A stretch of DNA of 64,000 nucleotides from Octopus vulgaris (taxonomy: Eukaryota): the NCBI GenBank assembly GCA_951406725.2, contig OX597819.1, positions 84,010,001 through 84,074,000 on the forward strand, read 5' to 3'. Positions 50,152 through 63,557 of this stretch are shown here, piece after piece. The position numbers and the translations under genes are program-made. The notes under the pieces are model-generated. The model worked only from the letters and a program-made list of their open reading frames with translations, ran no database searches and was not told the DNA's origin. The stretch's first letter is position 1. Each line of letters opens with the position of its first letter.

Positions 50152-53013
50152 GTAAGTATTCAATAAGTTGCTTGGGGTGTGTATGTGCTAAAGGTGTATT
50201 GGTGTGGATAGAATGTGGGACAGTGGTGTAAGGTGAGGAAGTTTTGAAGGGTATGTTTGGAGGGGTTCTGGAAGAGAACAGTTTAGCGATTTGGTAGTTA
50301 ATGATTAGTATAACTTGAAGAAGTTGAGCTGAATTTTCAGTGTTTAGCTTTTACCTTCAAAGTAATGTGTGTACACACATATTACACGATATCATGTTGA
50401 GGACGCTATTATTTTCGTTCTGACTTTTCTCTCTAATATTTGTATGTCGGTTTTATCATTAAAATTTAGCCAAACACTTCATTTGTATGCACTAGCTGAA
50501 GAAAAGTGCTCAGTGAATTCGGAATGTCTTAATCCGGTTTGCGAAATTGTACGAACCGAAAACAGTAATTTTTTTCTCTTATAAATGGAAGATTTAGTTG
50601 AATAAGATACTACTTAGGACTGTTATCTTTGTCCTCTGTCATATATGTATGTACACGTAGGCATACATTTCGTGAAATAATTTTACTAATATTAAAAAAA
50701 AAAAAAAAATGGTTTGAACCTGAAGTCATACGTTATTTACTCGTTTAAAAATATTCTGCTACAGTTTGTATTTCATGTGGTGATGGATCAATTGCATTTA
50801 CAGGCTTGGAACTTTGATAGTAAAATTTCAGTTCCTGCTGAGATGTGTTAATTGCAAATGTAGAATAGATTAGACAGTTTTTATTAGAAGCAAAAAGCCG
50901 TCTGATTGCGTTGCTTTGTGACTTTGTAAATTGTAATTTTAAGGGGAAAATTCAGAGAAACGGAGGTAAAAGAAAATGAGAAACAAGTATTTTGTAGTCT
51001 TTTTGCAGAAATCACACCTATTGATTAAGTGTCGATTTCGTAGTGTTGAATCGAGTATTGGTGAAGAAAGGGAGGTAATTGAGAATATTTTATTGACTGG
51101 GAGACTGGGAGCTGTTTAACATACACACTTTTTTTTTTAATTTATGGAGTTTGTATCAATTTTTTTTTCATGTGGCTGTTAATTTTTATTTATTTTCACT
51201 ATATCTTTGTATTTACATTTTCTTTTTGTAATTTTGGATTTTTGTCTAAACATGTTTAAAATATTTTCTGCAAAATATATTAAATCTACAAAGTTTGACA
51301 TAGAATTTGTAACATTGTTTCATGTTGAGAGAATCTTCCTCACTATTTTAAATTTCCAATTTAAATATTAAAATTGCATTTAAAATCATTTTGTTCCTAA
51401 TTGCATTTCAATTGCACATTGAGAAATTTCTTGCATGATTATATAGTTGTACTAATTTATTTGGGGGGTGTCAAAAGCAAATATTTAATTACATAAAACG
51501 CATATTAAAGCTGTTTGGAATTGCATTTCGTTAATCTATATATTTCTCGTGTGTGTGTGTGTGTCTTGTGATTATTATATAAAATGTGAGTACATGAATT
51601 TATGTAGCTTTTAGTGATCAAATGATCTAATAGTTATCGTTTGTATCAGATAGGGCAGGCAACATTTTAAGACAGACAATTATGAGCAAGTGGATTTGCT
51701 CTGATATTGGTATGAAGAGAATTAGAATTCAGTTACTGAGTGACTCTGTATTGTAGATTCATATTTAAACATAGAACTGTAGTCATATATCAACCATGCT
51801 CTGAGCACTTTCATTTGGCTTGCTTTTAATTGATGTAGAATTTGCTGAGTTTAGAATTCCAAAGTGCCTAAACTTTTGTAGAGATTTGTCTGTAGGATTT
51901 TACCCTGATTATGACACATTTTCAATGAATACTTTGTATTTAAGGTTGTTATAACACCAACCTACATGTGTATCACTCAAATTATTTACCTTAGAGCCAT
52001 CAGACAACAATCCAAGCAGATACAATATTCTTAGAACACAGGGGGGATATGGAAGAATAAGTGGTTACATTTATATTGCAGTCTATAGTGGTTGGTCATA
52101 TGAAGGGTATCCAATTATAAAAAAGACTATACCAAAATAAATTAACAAATGGAGATATGACTGTGTGAGTTGCTTCACTGACAACACAGTTAAATTGATA
52201 CAGAATGGAATGGGCTCTTGAGGGTTGTTACTATTTTTTTGGAATAGTGGATCTTGAAGCAGATGATAAAGCTATAAATATGTAAATATAGGATTGAAAA
52301 GCCCTTTTGGATAGAAGTCGTTAAAGGTTGCTTGTAGAATCTCAACAAATTCTCCAATGCTGGTGATATGAGAAAGTACTCAAGTGTTTGGTATATGTTG
52401 CTAGAAGACAAAGGAGGTGATCCAAGTATGGAAAATGGCATAACAATGATGGCAGTGCCTTATCACAACTGTATACAAAATGCACATAGTTTAGGTGTGT
52501 ATATACGTTCATATGTATGTATGCTTGTGTCTATGTTTGTAAATGAGTTAACTCATATGAGCAAAAGGTTAAGAAGTTTGTTTCACAAAAATGAGGTTCT
52601 TGGTTCACTTCTGCTATATAACATCTTAGGCAAATGCCTTTTTATCACAGCCTTGGGCTCACTCCAATCTGTTGAAGAGAATTGTCTTGTGTACAGGTAT
52701 CTGGAACACTCAGCCCCCCTCCCCTTATTGTTCAATGAGCATGTAGCTTAGTTGATCAACAATTAGAATATTCATCATCAAGACTGAAGGATCCATTTAC
52801 TTTTAATTTTATGTCTCTGTCTTAGTTGTTTTTGTCTGATGTAAACAGAAAATGCCTGCAACTCACACACAAACTGCACTATATTGTCCACTAAGTTTCA
52901 GTCAAATTATAAGTCAACTCAAGGCTATGGTTGAAGACTTTTGCCTAAGGTACTATGCAGTGGTACTATCAAACCCATTGTGAAGCAGATTGTTAAACCA
53001 AACTGCTGGGATT

Positions 53014-53067
<54 letters not shown>

Positions 53068-53720
53068 GCGTATGTATATGTGGAGGGGGTGTTATTTTAA
53101 GCTATTGTAACTTACTTTATCAGCAAGAGAAGAATTATGATTTGCACCAAGTTGAAGTCCTCTTTGTTCACTGGTTTGATGACATTTTCTGTAACCTGAA
53201 GTTCTCAAGAGGTTTCTAAATTTATTGCATCATCATCCTTGTAAATTCAACTGTTCAAATATTTAGCACTATTTAGTTATATTTGCCAAGTTTCTCTGTT
53301 CACTTGAGACATTTGTGCTATTTGTTACTTTGAACAGGCCCTAAATCAGTATGTTTCCATATAACAAATGTTTAACATTCTCTTCATACTTACGGGATAT
53401 TGGGGATGTTGCAATATTTTCGATCTGTATTATATAATGAAACATTACATGTTTTCTTGAACATTTATCATCAGTAAAGTATTTTGAATACTGGTAATGG
53501 CTCCTGGCACAAAGCCCCACCAAGAAGATAGGCATATGTGTCTATAATTTCTGGAATGGATATTTGTACACATACATATTAAAATCGCTTTCCACAGATC
53601 TGTTTAAACTGTTTAACCTACTTACAAATAATTAGAAGTTTGGTCAGTGTTAAAAAGTATTAAAAGAATTTATTCTTCAATTACTGTTTCTTTCTGCTCA
53701 TTCTTTTACAAACAAATTAA

Positions 53721-53931
53721 CCTTTTAGCAGTCAGATTACTCTGTCAGATGTAATGTCTATTTATTTATTTATTTATTTATTAACATTGCTTTGAAGAGT
53801 TCAATAATATGATTGTATGTTCTTAAAATGACATGGTAGGGTAGGTGTAAGAAGCCAGATCTGCCTGATCTGAACATAAAACAGCCTATGACCTATTTGG
53901 CCCACATATGACCAGTTTAAATGCTAAAGGG
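53721..53931. mobile_element. piggyBac-type MITE with TTAA target duplication
   Basis: TTAA(53717-20)-CCTTTTAGCA...TGCTAAAGGG-TTAA(53932-35). 9/10 TIR match. Confidence 0.85.
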
Positions 53932-54228
53932 TTAATTAGTGTATGGCAACCTGACGATATCTCAATCTTCATGTTTTCCTTATTTCCTGTCATATCTGCT
54001 AGGGAATATAATCAGTTAATGTTTAAAAATCAATTTACGGAGTTAAAATTATGAAAATATTTAATTTAATGTGAAATGTATTTACTGCATTAGTGTTGGA
54101 TTTCCCTGCTAGATACTTTTTGTATTAAAATTTCAAGGTAGTGTTGATTTCATTAATTTTGAATTGCCACTTTGACACCGTTGTTACGTCTTCCTAATTC
54201 TGTCAATTTTATTGTTGCAGGTTGTGAT

Positions 54229-55086
54229 ATGCAGCTAGATACAATGGGAGTGAAGCGAAAGTTTGATGACCTTGAAGCCTCTGTGGATCTTCAATGTTAT
54301 GGCAAGCAACGTCAGTCTATATTAAATATCACAATGCAGAAGTTATGCACAATACCAGAACGGCGCGTTGAGCCACCACTTTATCGGAATGTCCTCATTC
54401 GCAATACCTTAAAGCATATAGAACAGGAGTTGCATGATGAAGGCATCACTTTACCAATGATGCCCTCGATGGATTCAAATTTCTCTTATACCAATATGGA
54501 TTCTTCTGACTGTTTTCTTGATCATCTACCTACTGACTCTTCTGATAGTCAGGACAAAGGAAATCATGATATTGTGAATAGTATTACTGGCCTTCGCCCT
54601 TTAGACTATACAACATCTGAACATATGGACATGACAGAGACTGGAGAGACTAACATTGCTGTATCGCCAACAGTTCGGTCAGTCAATGGGGACAGTTCCT
54701 CCAGCTCTGTTGTCCCCCTTATGACTTCACTAGATAGGCTATCGACTTTTGAAGGCAGTGTTAGCATTGCCCAGATCCCAAGTCCTACTAGTCCACTTCA
54801 AAAAGCTGATGACATTTTTGGGGATATTGATTTATCGCCCTTTGATGTAGATTTTGTGGCACTGGCCAATTCGAGCAGTAAGCTCACACCACTTAGTGCC
54901 GAGGAAGTTTTGCATACATTTCCAGGTGTGACCACCACAAACCTGTCCTCTCCAACATCACCATCCTCAGCGACAGCTGAGACACCTACCTATACATCAC
55001 TAATAAACACTCAGTGCAGTTCATATTGTAGAACAGATGTTCTAGAAGACTTAGACAATATAATGCAGATACTTATAGAAATTTAG
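54229..55086 (+). CDS. SERTAD2: SERTA domain-containing transcriptional co-regulator (SERTAD2/CDCA4/TRIP-Br/taranis family), 285 aa, single coding exon
   Basis: N-terminal MGVKRKFDD, Y..QRQSILNITMQKL, SERTA motif EPPLYRNVLIRNTLKHIEQELHDEG, DDIFGDIDLSPFDVD, PLSAEEVLHTF and C-terminal LEDLDNIMQILIEI, all family hallmarks. Acceptor ttttattgttgcag| at 54220 makes the track's TTG start (54172) intronic. A second, stronger-context ATG lies at 54244. One-to-one orthology to SERTAD2 versus CDCA4 is not established. Confidence 0.93.
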   Translation: MQLDTMGVKRKFDDLEASVDLQCYGKQRQSILNITMQKLCTIPERRVEPPLYRNVLIRNTLKHIEQELHDEGITLPMMPSMDSNFSYTNMDSSDCFLDHLPTDSSDSQDKGNHDIVNSITGLRPLDYTTSEHMDMTETGETNIAVSPTVRSVNGDSSSSSVVPLMTSLDRLSTFEGSVSIAQIPSPTSPLQKADDIFGDIDLSPFDVDFVALANSSSKLTPLSAEEVLHTFPGVTTTNLSSPTSPSSATAETPTYTSLINTQCSSYCRTDVLEDLDNIMQILIEI

Positions 55087-57923
55087 CACCAGACCTGATG
55101 GTGTTATAAATTATCAGTTTTTTTTTCTTTTTCATTATATTTTCATTATTATTGTAGCTATTTTAAATTAATCTAAATTGAGTTTCAATAATTATTTACT
55201 ACTACACTAGGAAATCTTTCTTCAAAATTAAGTGTATAATTTTTCCCTAAGTTATTTATATTTTAAAATAATCTCTACTGAGATTAACCCCTCCCCACAT
55301 TTTTTTATTTACCAAAATCTAATATTTAATTTAATTCAAAATAATTAGTAGAGTCCCTGTAATATCTTCTATCAGCAAAAGTATATGTTACTGACCAATT
55401 TCTTTTAGGTTGAGGGATCACTTTTCAAATTCCCCTGAATCTAAACCAAAGGTTATTAAGGAAGGATCAAGTTTCTTCCATTTGAATACATGTATATATA
55501 AATATATATACACACACATACACACAGACAATATGCATGTTTGTATGTGTGTGTATATATATATATGTATTATGTATGCATGTGTGTATGTATATATGTA
55601 TTAGATGTGTGTATGTATACATGCTCACGCAACACATATATACATACTTACACTTTTCTAAAAATGTAAATTATAAGCAAATGCCATTCCAGTTAGTTAA
55701 AAAAAAATATATTACCATTATTGTATCCCCATTACCACTTAACCAAGCCAAGAAAGTTTGAGCTGTTATGACCGCGGGCCTACATTTTTGCATGTATGAT
55801 TGTGTGCGTGTGTATGGCTGTGAGATAGCGAGAGAAAAAGACAAAAAAAAGGGACGAATGAGCGAGGGAGAAAACTTTAGCACTAAGGTGGTTTGAGGGT
55901 ATGTTGAATATTTGTTTTAAAAAAATTAAAAATAATTATAAAAAAAATCCTTTTCAAAATGTTGCCATTATTGGCTGTAATGTTTATTTATTAAAACTTA
56001 GAGAATAAAAATTGTCATATAATAATAACAAACCTAAACTCCCCCTAAAACCTAGTTTATATATATCTGACAGAAAAAAAAAATGTAATCAAAAACATCA
56101 ACAGAGCCACAAAACTATTTTCTATATATGTACTTGATGGCAGCAGATTGTTAATGTGTGATCCACTATGATGATTTGAACACCATCTACATTCACTTGT
56201 ATTATCAGAGCCACTGAATATGGTTTTTCATGTATGTGTGGTTGAATGTGTATCCGAGTGTGTATAAGTGCACGTTTTCACATGCAAGTGCATATATGTA
56301 CATATGTATATAGAATATTTGTATGTTTGCGTGTGTGCATGGAGATGAATAGGCTGAGCCTAATATTGAACAGTGTCCAGTGTGGATATTGCTGTGATAT
56401 ACAAGGTCAAATTGTTTTAAAATTCAGAATTTTATTTCTTTTTATGCTTGTAATGGCATAATTTGGAGGAGGACAGAGGCAAAGTAATTGGGAAAAAAAA
56501 TGTGTGTGTGTGTGTATATATATGTATATGTATGTACATATATATATATGTGTGTGTGTGTATATATATATGTAATATATATATGTGTGTATGTGTAATT
56601 ACATGGATGGAGAAATCCAAATAAAACCAAACAGGATCTGATGCTATTTCTTTCACCATCTCATGAAATAAACAGAGGTAAGAATTAGAGAGCTTGAATC
56701 CAACCAACCAACCAAAGCAGAAAATTCAAATTTCCAGCTTGGGAACTTACACAGGAAGAAAAAAAAAAAAAGACAGTAAAAGAAAAATAAAAAAGACTAA
56801 AAGGGTCCTTTTTCTATGCAGTTAGTGCCTTGGATGGAGTTATTAAATGTAACTTCTACTGGAAGAACTATTTACAGCTACCAATGTAATTATTGATAAT
56901 ACTACTGCTCTGTTTTCTCTTTAGCATCCTTTGCCTCCACTCCAGCAACTGAATATCTTTGGTATGAAAAACAAAGAAGCTCGTCTTACATACAACCCAC
57001 CCTAATAATGATTATAAAAAAAAAAAACTTTAAAAAAAAAGCAGAAAACAAAAAGAACAACAAACAATGCCACATCGATATATATGTGTATATATATATA
57101 TATGTGTATATATATGTATATATATTAAAATTATTTTCTCTTCCTGTTTTGTGATAACTGACTGCCAAAGAGCTCCTCTTATATCATGGAAATTAAAAAA
57201 AAAAAACTTTTTTAAATTAAAAGAAAAAAAACTAAAAAAAAATGCAGTTTAATCTAACAAAAATTAAATTTGATATGGACTCTGGTTTTGTCGACCACAG
57301 CGACACAGACTCCCCCATTCCCCTTCTTTAAGGATTACAAAAATAAATGTAGCATATTCTTTTTTTTTCTTTCTCTTTTCCCTCTGTCTCTAGATTTGCT
57401 TTTCATTAGAAAGATATCTCAAAATTTTAACTTCGTTATTATCATTATTATTATTATAACAATTGTTAAATTTTTCTATTGCTTGCTGTCTAGTTTAAAT
57501 ATTTTATTTTATTTCAAATGGTTTTTAATGGCAAGGACATATAATAAAAATATGAAGAGCATAGTTATTTAAAAACAAAAAATTCCATAAATTACTGTTA
57601 ATTACTAATTATGGTTCGAATCTTTATACAGTTACAAATAAAATCAAAATTATATTTAAAAAAAAAAGTAAATAAATAAAACCTTGTATCAAAGCTCTGA
57701 TGGCAATTTTAATCTGGGAAGGAAAAAAAAATTGTCAAATTTTATAAAATTTGTTGAATTTTGTTTGTTTTTTTATTCTTAAATACAAAATTACGTAATA
57801 AAAAGTTCTTATAAATATGAAACAAATTCCACAGGCATATTCTTTTTCATTTTTGTATTAACTTATACACAAACATATGCAGACACACATGCACATACCT
57901 ACATATAGCTAGATTCATATAAT

Positions 57924-57988
<65 letters not shown>

Positions 57989-60900
57989 CATATTGGTATG
58001 TGTATACCTATGTGTGTATATAGATACACACATATATGCATTCATTAGACACGTGCATATACACAAATTTTCCTGTTATTTGGTAAAAAAAAACAAAACA
58101 AAGCAAAACAAAAAATTATTTAATTCCATCCCATCAACACTTTTTGCTTCTAATTTGAATTTTTAATTATAACAGTTGTCTGAAAAACTGTGGTTTGTAT
58201 GTATAAAAGTAAAAAAAGATTTTTTTTTTTTTTTTTTTGGTTAAATTGTTCCAAGTGTTGCTAATGGCTGTCATCTCATCCAAGATCAGTCTTTTGATTC
58301 CCGTTTTCACACATACACATACACACATCTATGCACACTGATGAAGGATCTTAACAAAGGAGAGATACTATTAACTAAAATTGCCTCAATCCAGTTTCAT
58401 TCTATGGGCCCCTGAAAACTTTTTTTAAAAAAAGAAAAAAAAAAGGAAAGCACAAACTACAATTTTATCATTGTAAATATATATTATATATTCCCCCAAC
58501 CCCTATAGTTTATGCTGCTGTGGGCTCTTTCACATGCTGTCATCTTTTTAATCTTAATCTTTTTTCTGCTAAGATTAGGGCTAAGTTATTCCAGTGCCTT
58601 GTGTCCTATCTACACAGGTATGTGTAATTGAATTTAATCAGACTTGAAGTCAATTGTAATTGATTGAATGTCATTGTAAGCTCATGGTTTTCCATATAAG
58701 TTAGATTGTCAAGCTGTCACTTTTTCTTCAAATTGTGCTGATTTTTCAAAAGAGTTACGAATTTAATTTATTCCAAGAAAGAAAGAAAAAGATAAATATA
58801 TTAGATTTGAAACTCCTAGAATAAGCAGTACAATAGCAAACATTCAAAAGGAAGTTATAACCTTCAAATATTGTTTGTACTTAAACTATTTGCACTGTAA
58901 AAAGTACATTTAACTTCTTCATTTTATGTAGCATTATTTGGCAAAAAGTATATGCCTTTATGAACTATAAATATATATATATATATAAAATTTTTCTAAT
59001 ACCAGTTTCCATATTTAGGTAAAATTAAAAAAATTTTAATCACAATTCAATGGAATAGTAATATACAAAATATAGGTAATTATAACTGCTAACATTATTG
59101 TTTTAAGTTGTGTCTTTGTAAAAACCCATAGGAAAAATAAATACTGAAATATTCAGCTTGATATTGTTTTATTGTGTAGCAGCATTTGATAGGTGTTGCC
59201 CATAAAACATTTTATAGTGACTCAAATACAATGTAAATTAAAGTAAAAATTTTTCTTAATTATTCTATTCTACTTATTCTAATTTTCAGTTTTAAGATTA
59301 ACTAAAACTTATACACATTATAATTAAAGAAAATGTGTATGTATTGTAAAATATTGGGACTTTGTTTCACTTTAGGGCTTATTCATAAGTATGTATATGT
59401 GCATATTATACATGTCTATATGCATCTGTGTAGTTACGTGCATGTATGTGTAATGCATACATACACACATTGAGCTAATTTCCACTAGTGGCAATAATTC
59501 TTAATTGAATTTTTGGCTGACACATCCAATCTATCTTGCTTTCTGCTGAAAAAGAAGGACAAAGAATTGAATTCCAGACATGGATATAAGACAGTTTCTA
59601 AGAGGTCATGTTTTAAGAACAAATTTATTTTCATTTTTATCCATCACTATTACTAAATAAATATGGTCACCTTCATTTCAATTTCGAAAACATTAACTCG
59701 AATTGAGATTCCAGATCATTCTAATTTAAGTATGGGAGGATTTGGATTTTTGCACTGCAAACTAACGTAACATTAATTTAGCAAAGTACATACAAACCTG
59801 GTGCTTTGTGTTGAATTGTACTTCCATATGGTACCTATTCTACATTTAGGTGGCTGGAACTTTTAAAATTGTCATTTCCTGTGTCCCTGCATTGTAATGA
59901 AATGCAAAAATTGACACTGATTGCTAAGCTTGTATCTTAACAGCCAGGTGAGCTCCATTGGGGTCATTTCAATCAACTATAACCTCTAATAAAATTGGCC
60001 TTGTGCCTAGTTAATAAATTAGCAAATTGAGAGAAAATAAAATAAAAAAAGCAAACTTCTTTCTAAATCATCTGGATTTACTATTGATGACTAGTATTTT
60101 TTTCTTTTTGAAATGAGGGAATCTATGTATTTTATCACAATTTATCATTTGTTTGTGTGGGGCATATTTATACATATAATATATAACATGCACATAATTT
60201 ATACATATTCTCCTCTAAGATTGCTCTTAAAGTCTATTTTTTACAAAATGCAGAAAAATGAAAAATTTGGCTTTTTTTATTGTTACTGTTATTGGTCCTT
60301 TCATTAAATGACATTCACATAAATGAAACTTTGGGCTTTTTTTTTTTCTATTATTAAAAAAATAATTTTTTTAATGACAAAATATGAAGCAAAAATATAT
60401 GGTCACATATTTATAAAAGAGCTAAAAAAAAACAACAAAAACATGCTGTCTTTATTTGATGAACACATCTTTACTACCCCTCCCCTATCCTATGTCACTA
60501 CATAGCACGTCTACCTGTGTGTGTCATTGTTTTTTTTTTTTTTTTTTTCATACCGCTTATCAGTCATACTATGATTTTTGTCAGCTATAACTTCTTGTTA
60601 AATACTAGTTACTTGTCACCTAACTATACGCTTGCTCACTTACTCTCACTCGAAGAATACTTTTTACTAAAATCTTTATTAGTCATTACCATATGCAGTA
60701 TGTACATGTGTGGGTCTGTAGATGCCTATACAATACTTACATTTATGAATTTTATTATCGGTGACATCAAAACATTGGGGTTAATTAATAATAATAATTT
60801 AAATTCTAAAAGAGAAAATACGTTTGAGATTATTAAATATGCGCAATCCTCATGCTGATACTGGGACATTCTTAAATTTTCAAATTGAGCTCATATTTAT

Positions 60901-62600
60901 GTAAAAAAAATTAAAAATAAAACTAAACAAAAGAATGCTCGTTATAGCAAATGTAAATTTTGTGTTCGACCTCATCGGGTGGGAGGGAAGATGAAAACTG
61001 AAAGTGTTTGTTCTCTCTATTTTGTTGTGTTGAAACTTTCTTTATCCCCACTCCCTTTGCAAGAAGCAAGGCAAGTCAAGACATAAATATGATGAGTACT
61101 TTGTGAGAAACACTTGGTTATTATAATTTTTATAACCATCAATCATGAGTACGACTTCATTTCTTGACTCACTCTGTCCGTTAGCCAGTTTTATTTCATA
61201 TGGCTACTACTTCATTACAACCTTAATATGTTGCATTTGAGAATTTGCTATTTAAGCTTATTCAAACAATAATTAGAAGGAAAGTTCTGGGGTGGAATGA
61301 TTTAAAAAAAAAATATATTGTGTGTATGTATATATAGTAAAAATAAAGAATTCTGTTGAAAAAATATCACATTAAAACTTGTATTGATGAAAAGAAGCTT
61401 ATATTTAAGCAAGTTGTCTGAAGAAGAAACAAAAATAGCTGTTTGGACATTGCATGTTGAATGTCTGGTCAAAGCTAAAGATAAATATTTAAAAAAAAAA
61501 GAAACAAAAAAGTATCATAATTGCTCTTCCCTCCATCCCTAAAATTTCACTACCCCCCCACTCTAAGCTGTGATTTATATGGTGTCATATTTTTGTACTT
61601 TTTTTTTTTGTTTGTTTCTAAATTATTCATTTCACAGGGTTTGATTTGTCTATTTACCTTTTTTCTTTTCCAATAACCATTGAAGAAAACAAACACACAC
61701 ACACAAAAAAAAAACAACAACTCAGCTTTGAATTTTAATATAAAATCTTATATTGTAAAACTCTCAAATAAGCTCAACAAATTTCTTGTAAAACAAAAAC
61801 AACACGAAATGGAAAAGAAAAAGTACCATGTTTAAAAAAAAAAAAAAACTGCAACTAAAATACTTTGTTTAATATTCTTTTAACTGGTGTTCTCCATAGC
61901 ATTATTCCTGTAATGTTGCAACCCACCGAAGAAAAACTTTGCTACTGTTAGCTGTAGTTTACACAACCAGGTGATTAGTCAATGATTCTAGTCAGAGAGA
62001 GCTAGCTACAGCTATTATTTGATAGTGACGTTATTCCAAATAGCAAAGATATATTCACTGAATGATCAAATGGAGATCCGATGGGCAACCAGATATGACT
62101 TCATTAGTGTAAGAAACTTGTGCACACATCTGTGTTATTCAACTATATATGTAATGTGTGCTACATGTTTTATTATCTTACTTTTCTGATTTGAAATTTA
62201 ATATATTTCTAGAAAAATGAAATTTTATTGCAGATGCATATATATAAATTAAAGTAGTCAAATTAATTTGATTTTCACTAAGTAATAATAAAATAATGAT
62301 TTGAGAGGGGGCAGTATTATACATTATTTAAATTGTACTGGGGGGTTGGGACCAGGTTATTTTAGTTTTTTTCTATATTCAAAATTGTTTGGATAATGTT
62401 ATATGTATCTGTAATATATATATATATATATGTGTGTATATATCAATTTAATGTACAAGTGGAAGAGCTACTAATAGTTTTATAATACTGTAACTAGGCA
62501 TATTATATAAATATGCCGAGTATCATAAAAGCATGAAACTATTAGTAGTCTTCCACTTGTGTATTAAATTAATAATTTATCTCACTGAAAGGAGTACTTT
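55087..62600 (+). other. Probable long 3' UTR or constrained downstream region (end undefined)
   Basis: A/T-tract-rich unique sequence, almost free of the SINEs that occur about once per kb upstream. Several AATAAA (e.g. 56004, 57638, 57655, 59137, 59987, 60916). Confidence 0.35.
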
Positions 62601-63322
62601 CTTTGAGTCTACCTATATTGGATATATATATATATATATATATATATAGATCAGATGATCATGGTTGGAATGTCTTGATCAAGGCTGGTCTGAGTCTAAA
62701 CAACTGATGTACTCATTTACTGGTTGCTTTGTAACTAACTAATCAGAATATATTTTTCAAAATTTAAATCCTTTCATTACATTCTACTATTTACTCTATT
62801 GACTTTCCAGAACATAGATTAAATTTAGGAAAGATAATTGAAGTAAAAAAATTATATTAATACCAAATTATTAGGTTATATACTAAAATTTTCCACAACT
62901 GTTAATTTCTAATAATATTATCTAGCTTCAGATTTATTTAACTCTTCAATGCTGTAGGATATTTTCTTTCTTTTAATATGTGTACATTTTCCTCTTTGAT
63001 GTTTTTACCTTTTTAAAAAATCAATTGTCAAAAAGTCTTCCGATTCAATAGTCTGGAGACATTGAAATGTAGGCAAATGATATCCATGCCCCATCCCACA
63101 TTAAAAAAAAAAATCTTTTTTTTTTTGTGTGTATGTGTGAGTGTGTTTGTAAACCTAAGAAGCTATTTTAAGTACTTTTCTCATCAAATTGGGCTATTAG
63201 TCTTTGAACATTTGCTATGTAGCTTCTTAAAATTCCAGCATCAGGATAAACTTCCATTACATTTTTATATCTGTTTTATATTTTTCTCAATATATATATT
63301 TGTTTTATTTAATGTCTGTTAC

Positions 63323-63389
<67 letters not shown>

Positions 63390-63463
63390 TAATTTATTAT
63401 GTTAATATTTATATTGTAGGTCAAAAGATTCAACCCTCCCACTTTTTTTTTTTTTTTTTTTAG

Positions 63464-63557
63464 ATCTGCATCCCCCACAATTTTTTTTGTCCATCCCGTT
63501 TTCTGTGAATGAATGTCAGGTAGAAACAAATCCCTTTTGGGATGAAATACTTTCAAT
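63464..63557 (+). other. Candidate orphan exon (94 nt)
   Basis: T20-AG acceptor at 63463, donor AAT|GTATGT at 63557/63558, one open frame xLHPPQFFLSIPFSVNECQVETNPFWDEILS. Confidence 0.25.

Noticed and set aside
52190-52751. 83-aa and 127-aa ORFs in the last intron
   Set aside because: They overlap a decayed SINE head (52550-52670) and probably old LINE debris, with no coherent protein signal.
54172-54228. N-terminal 19 aa of the 304-aa track ORF (TTG start)
   Set aside because: It runs through a polypyrimidine tract and the AG acceptor at 54220, so it is mostly intronic. Family similarity starts at MQLDTMGVKRK.
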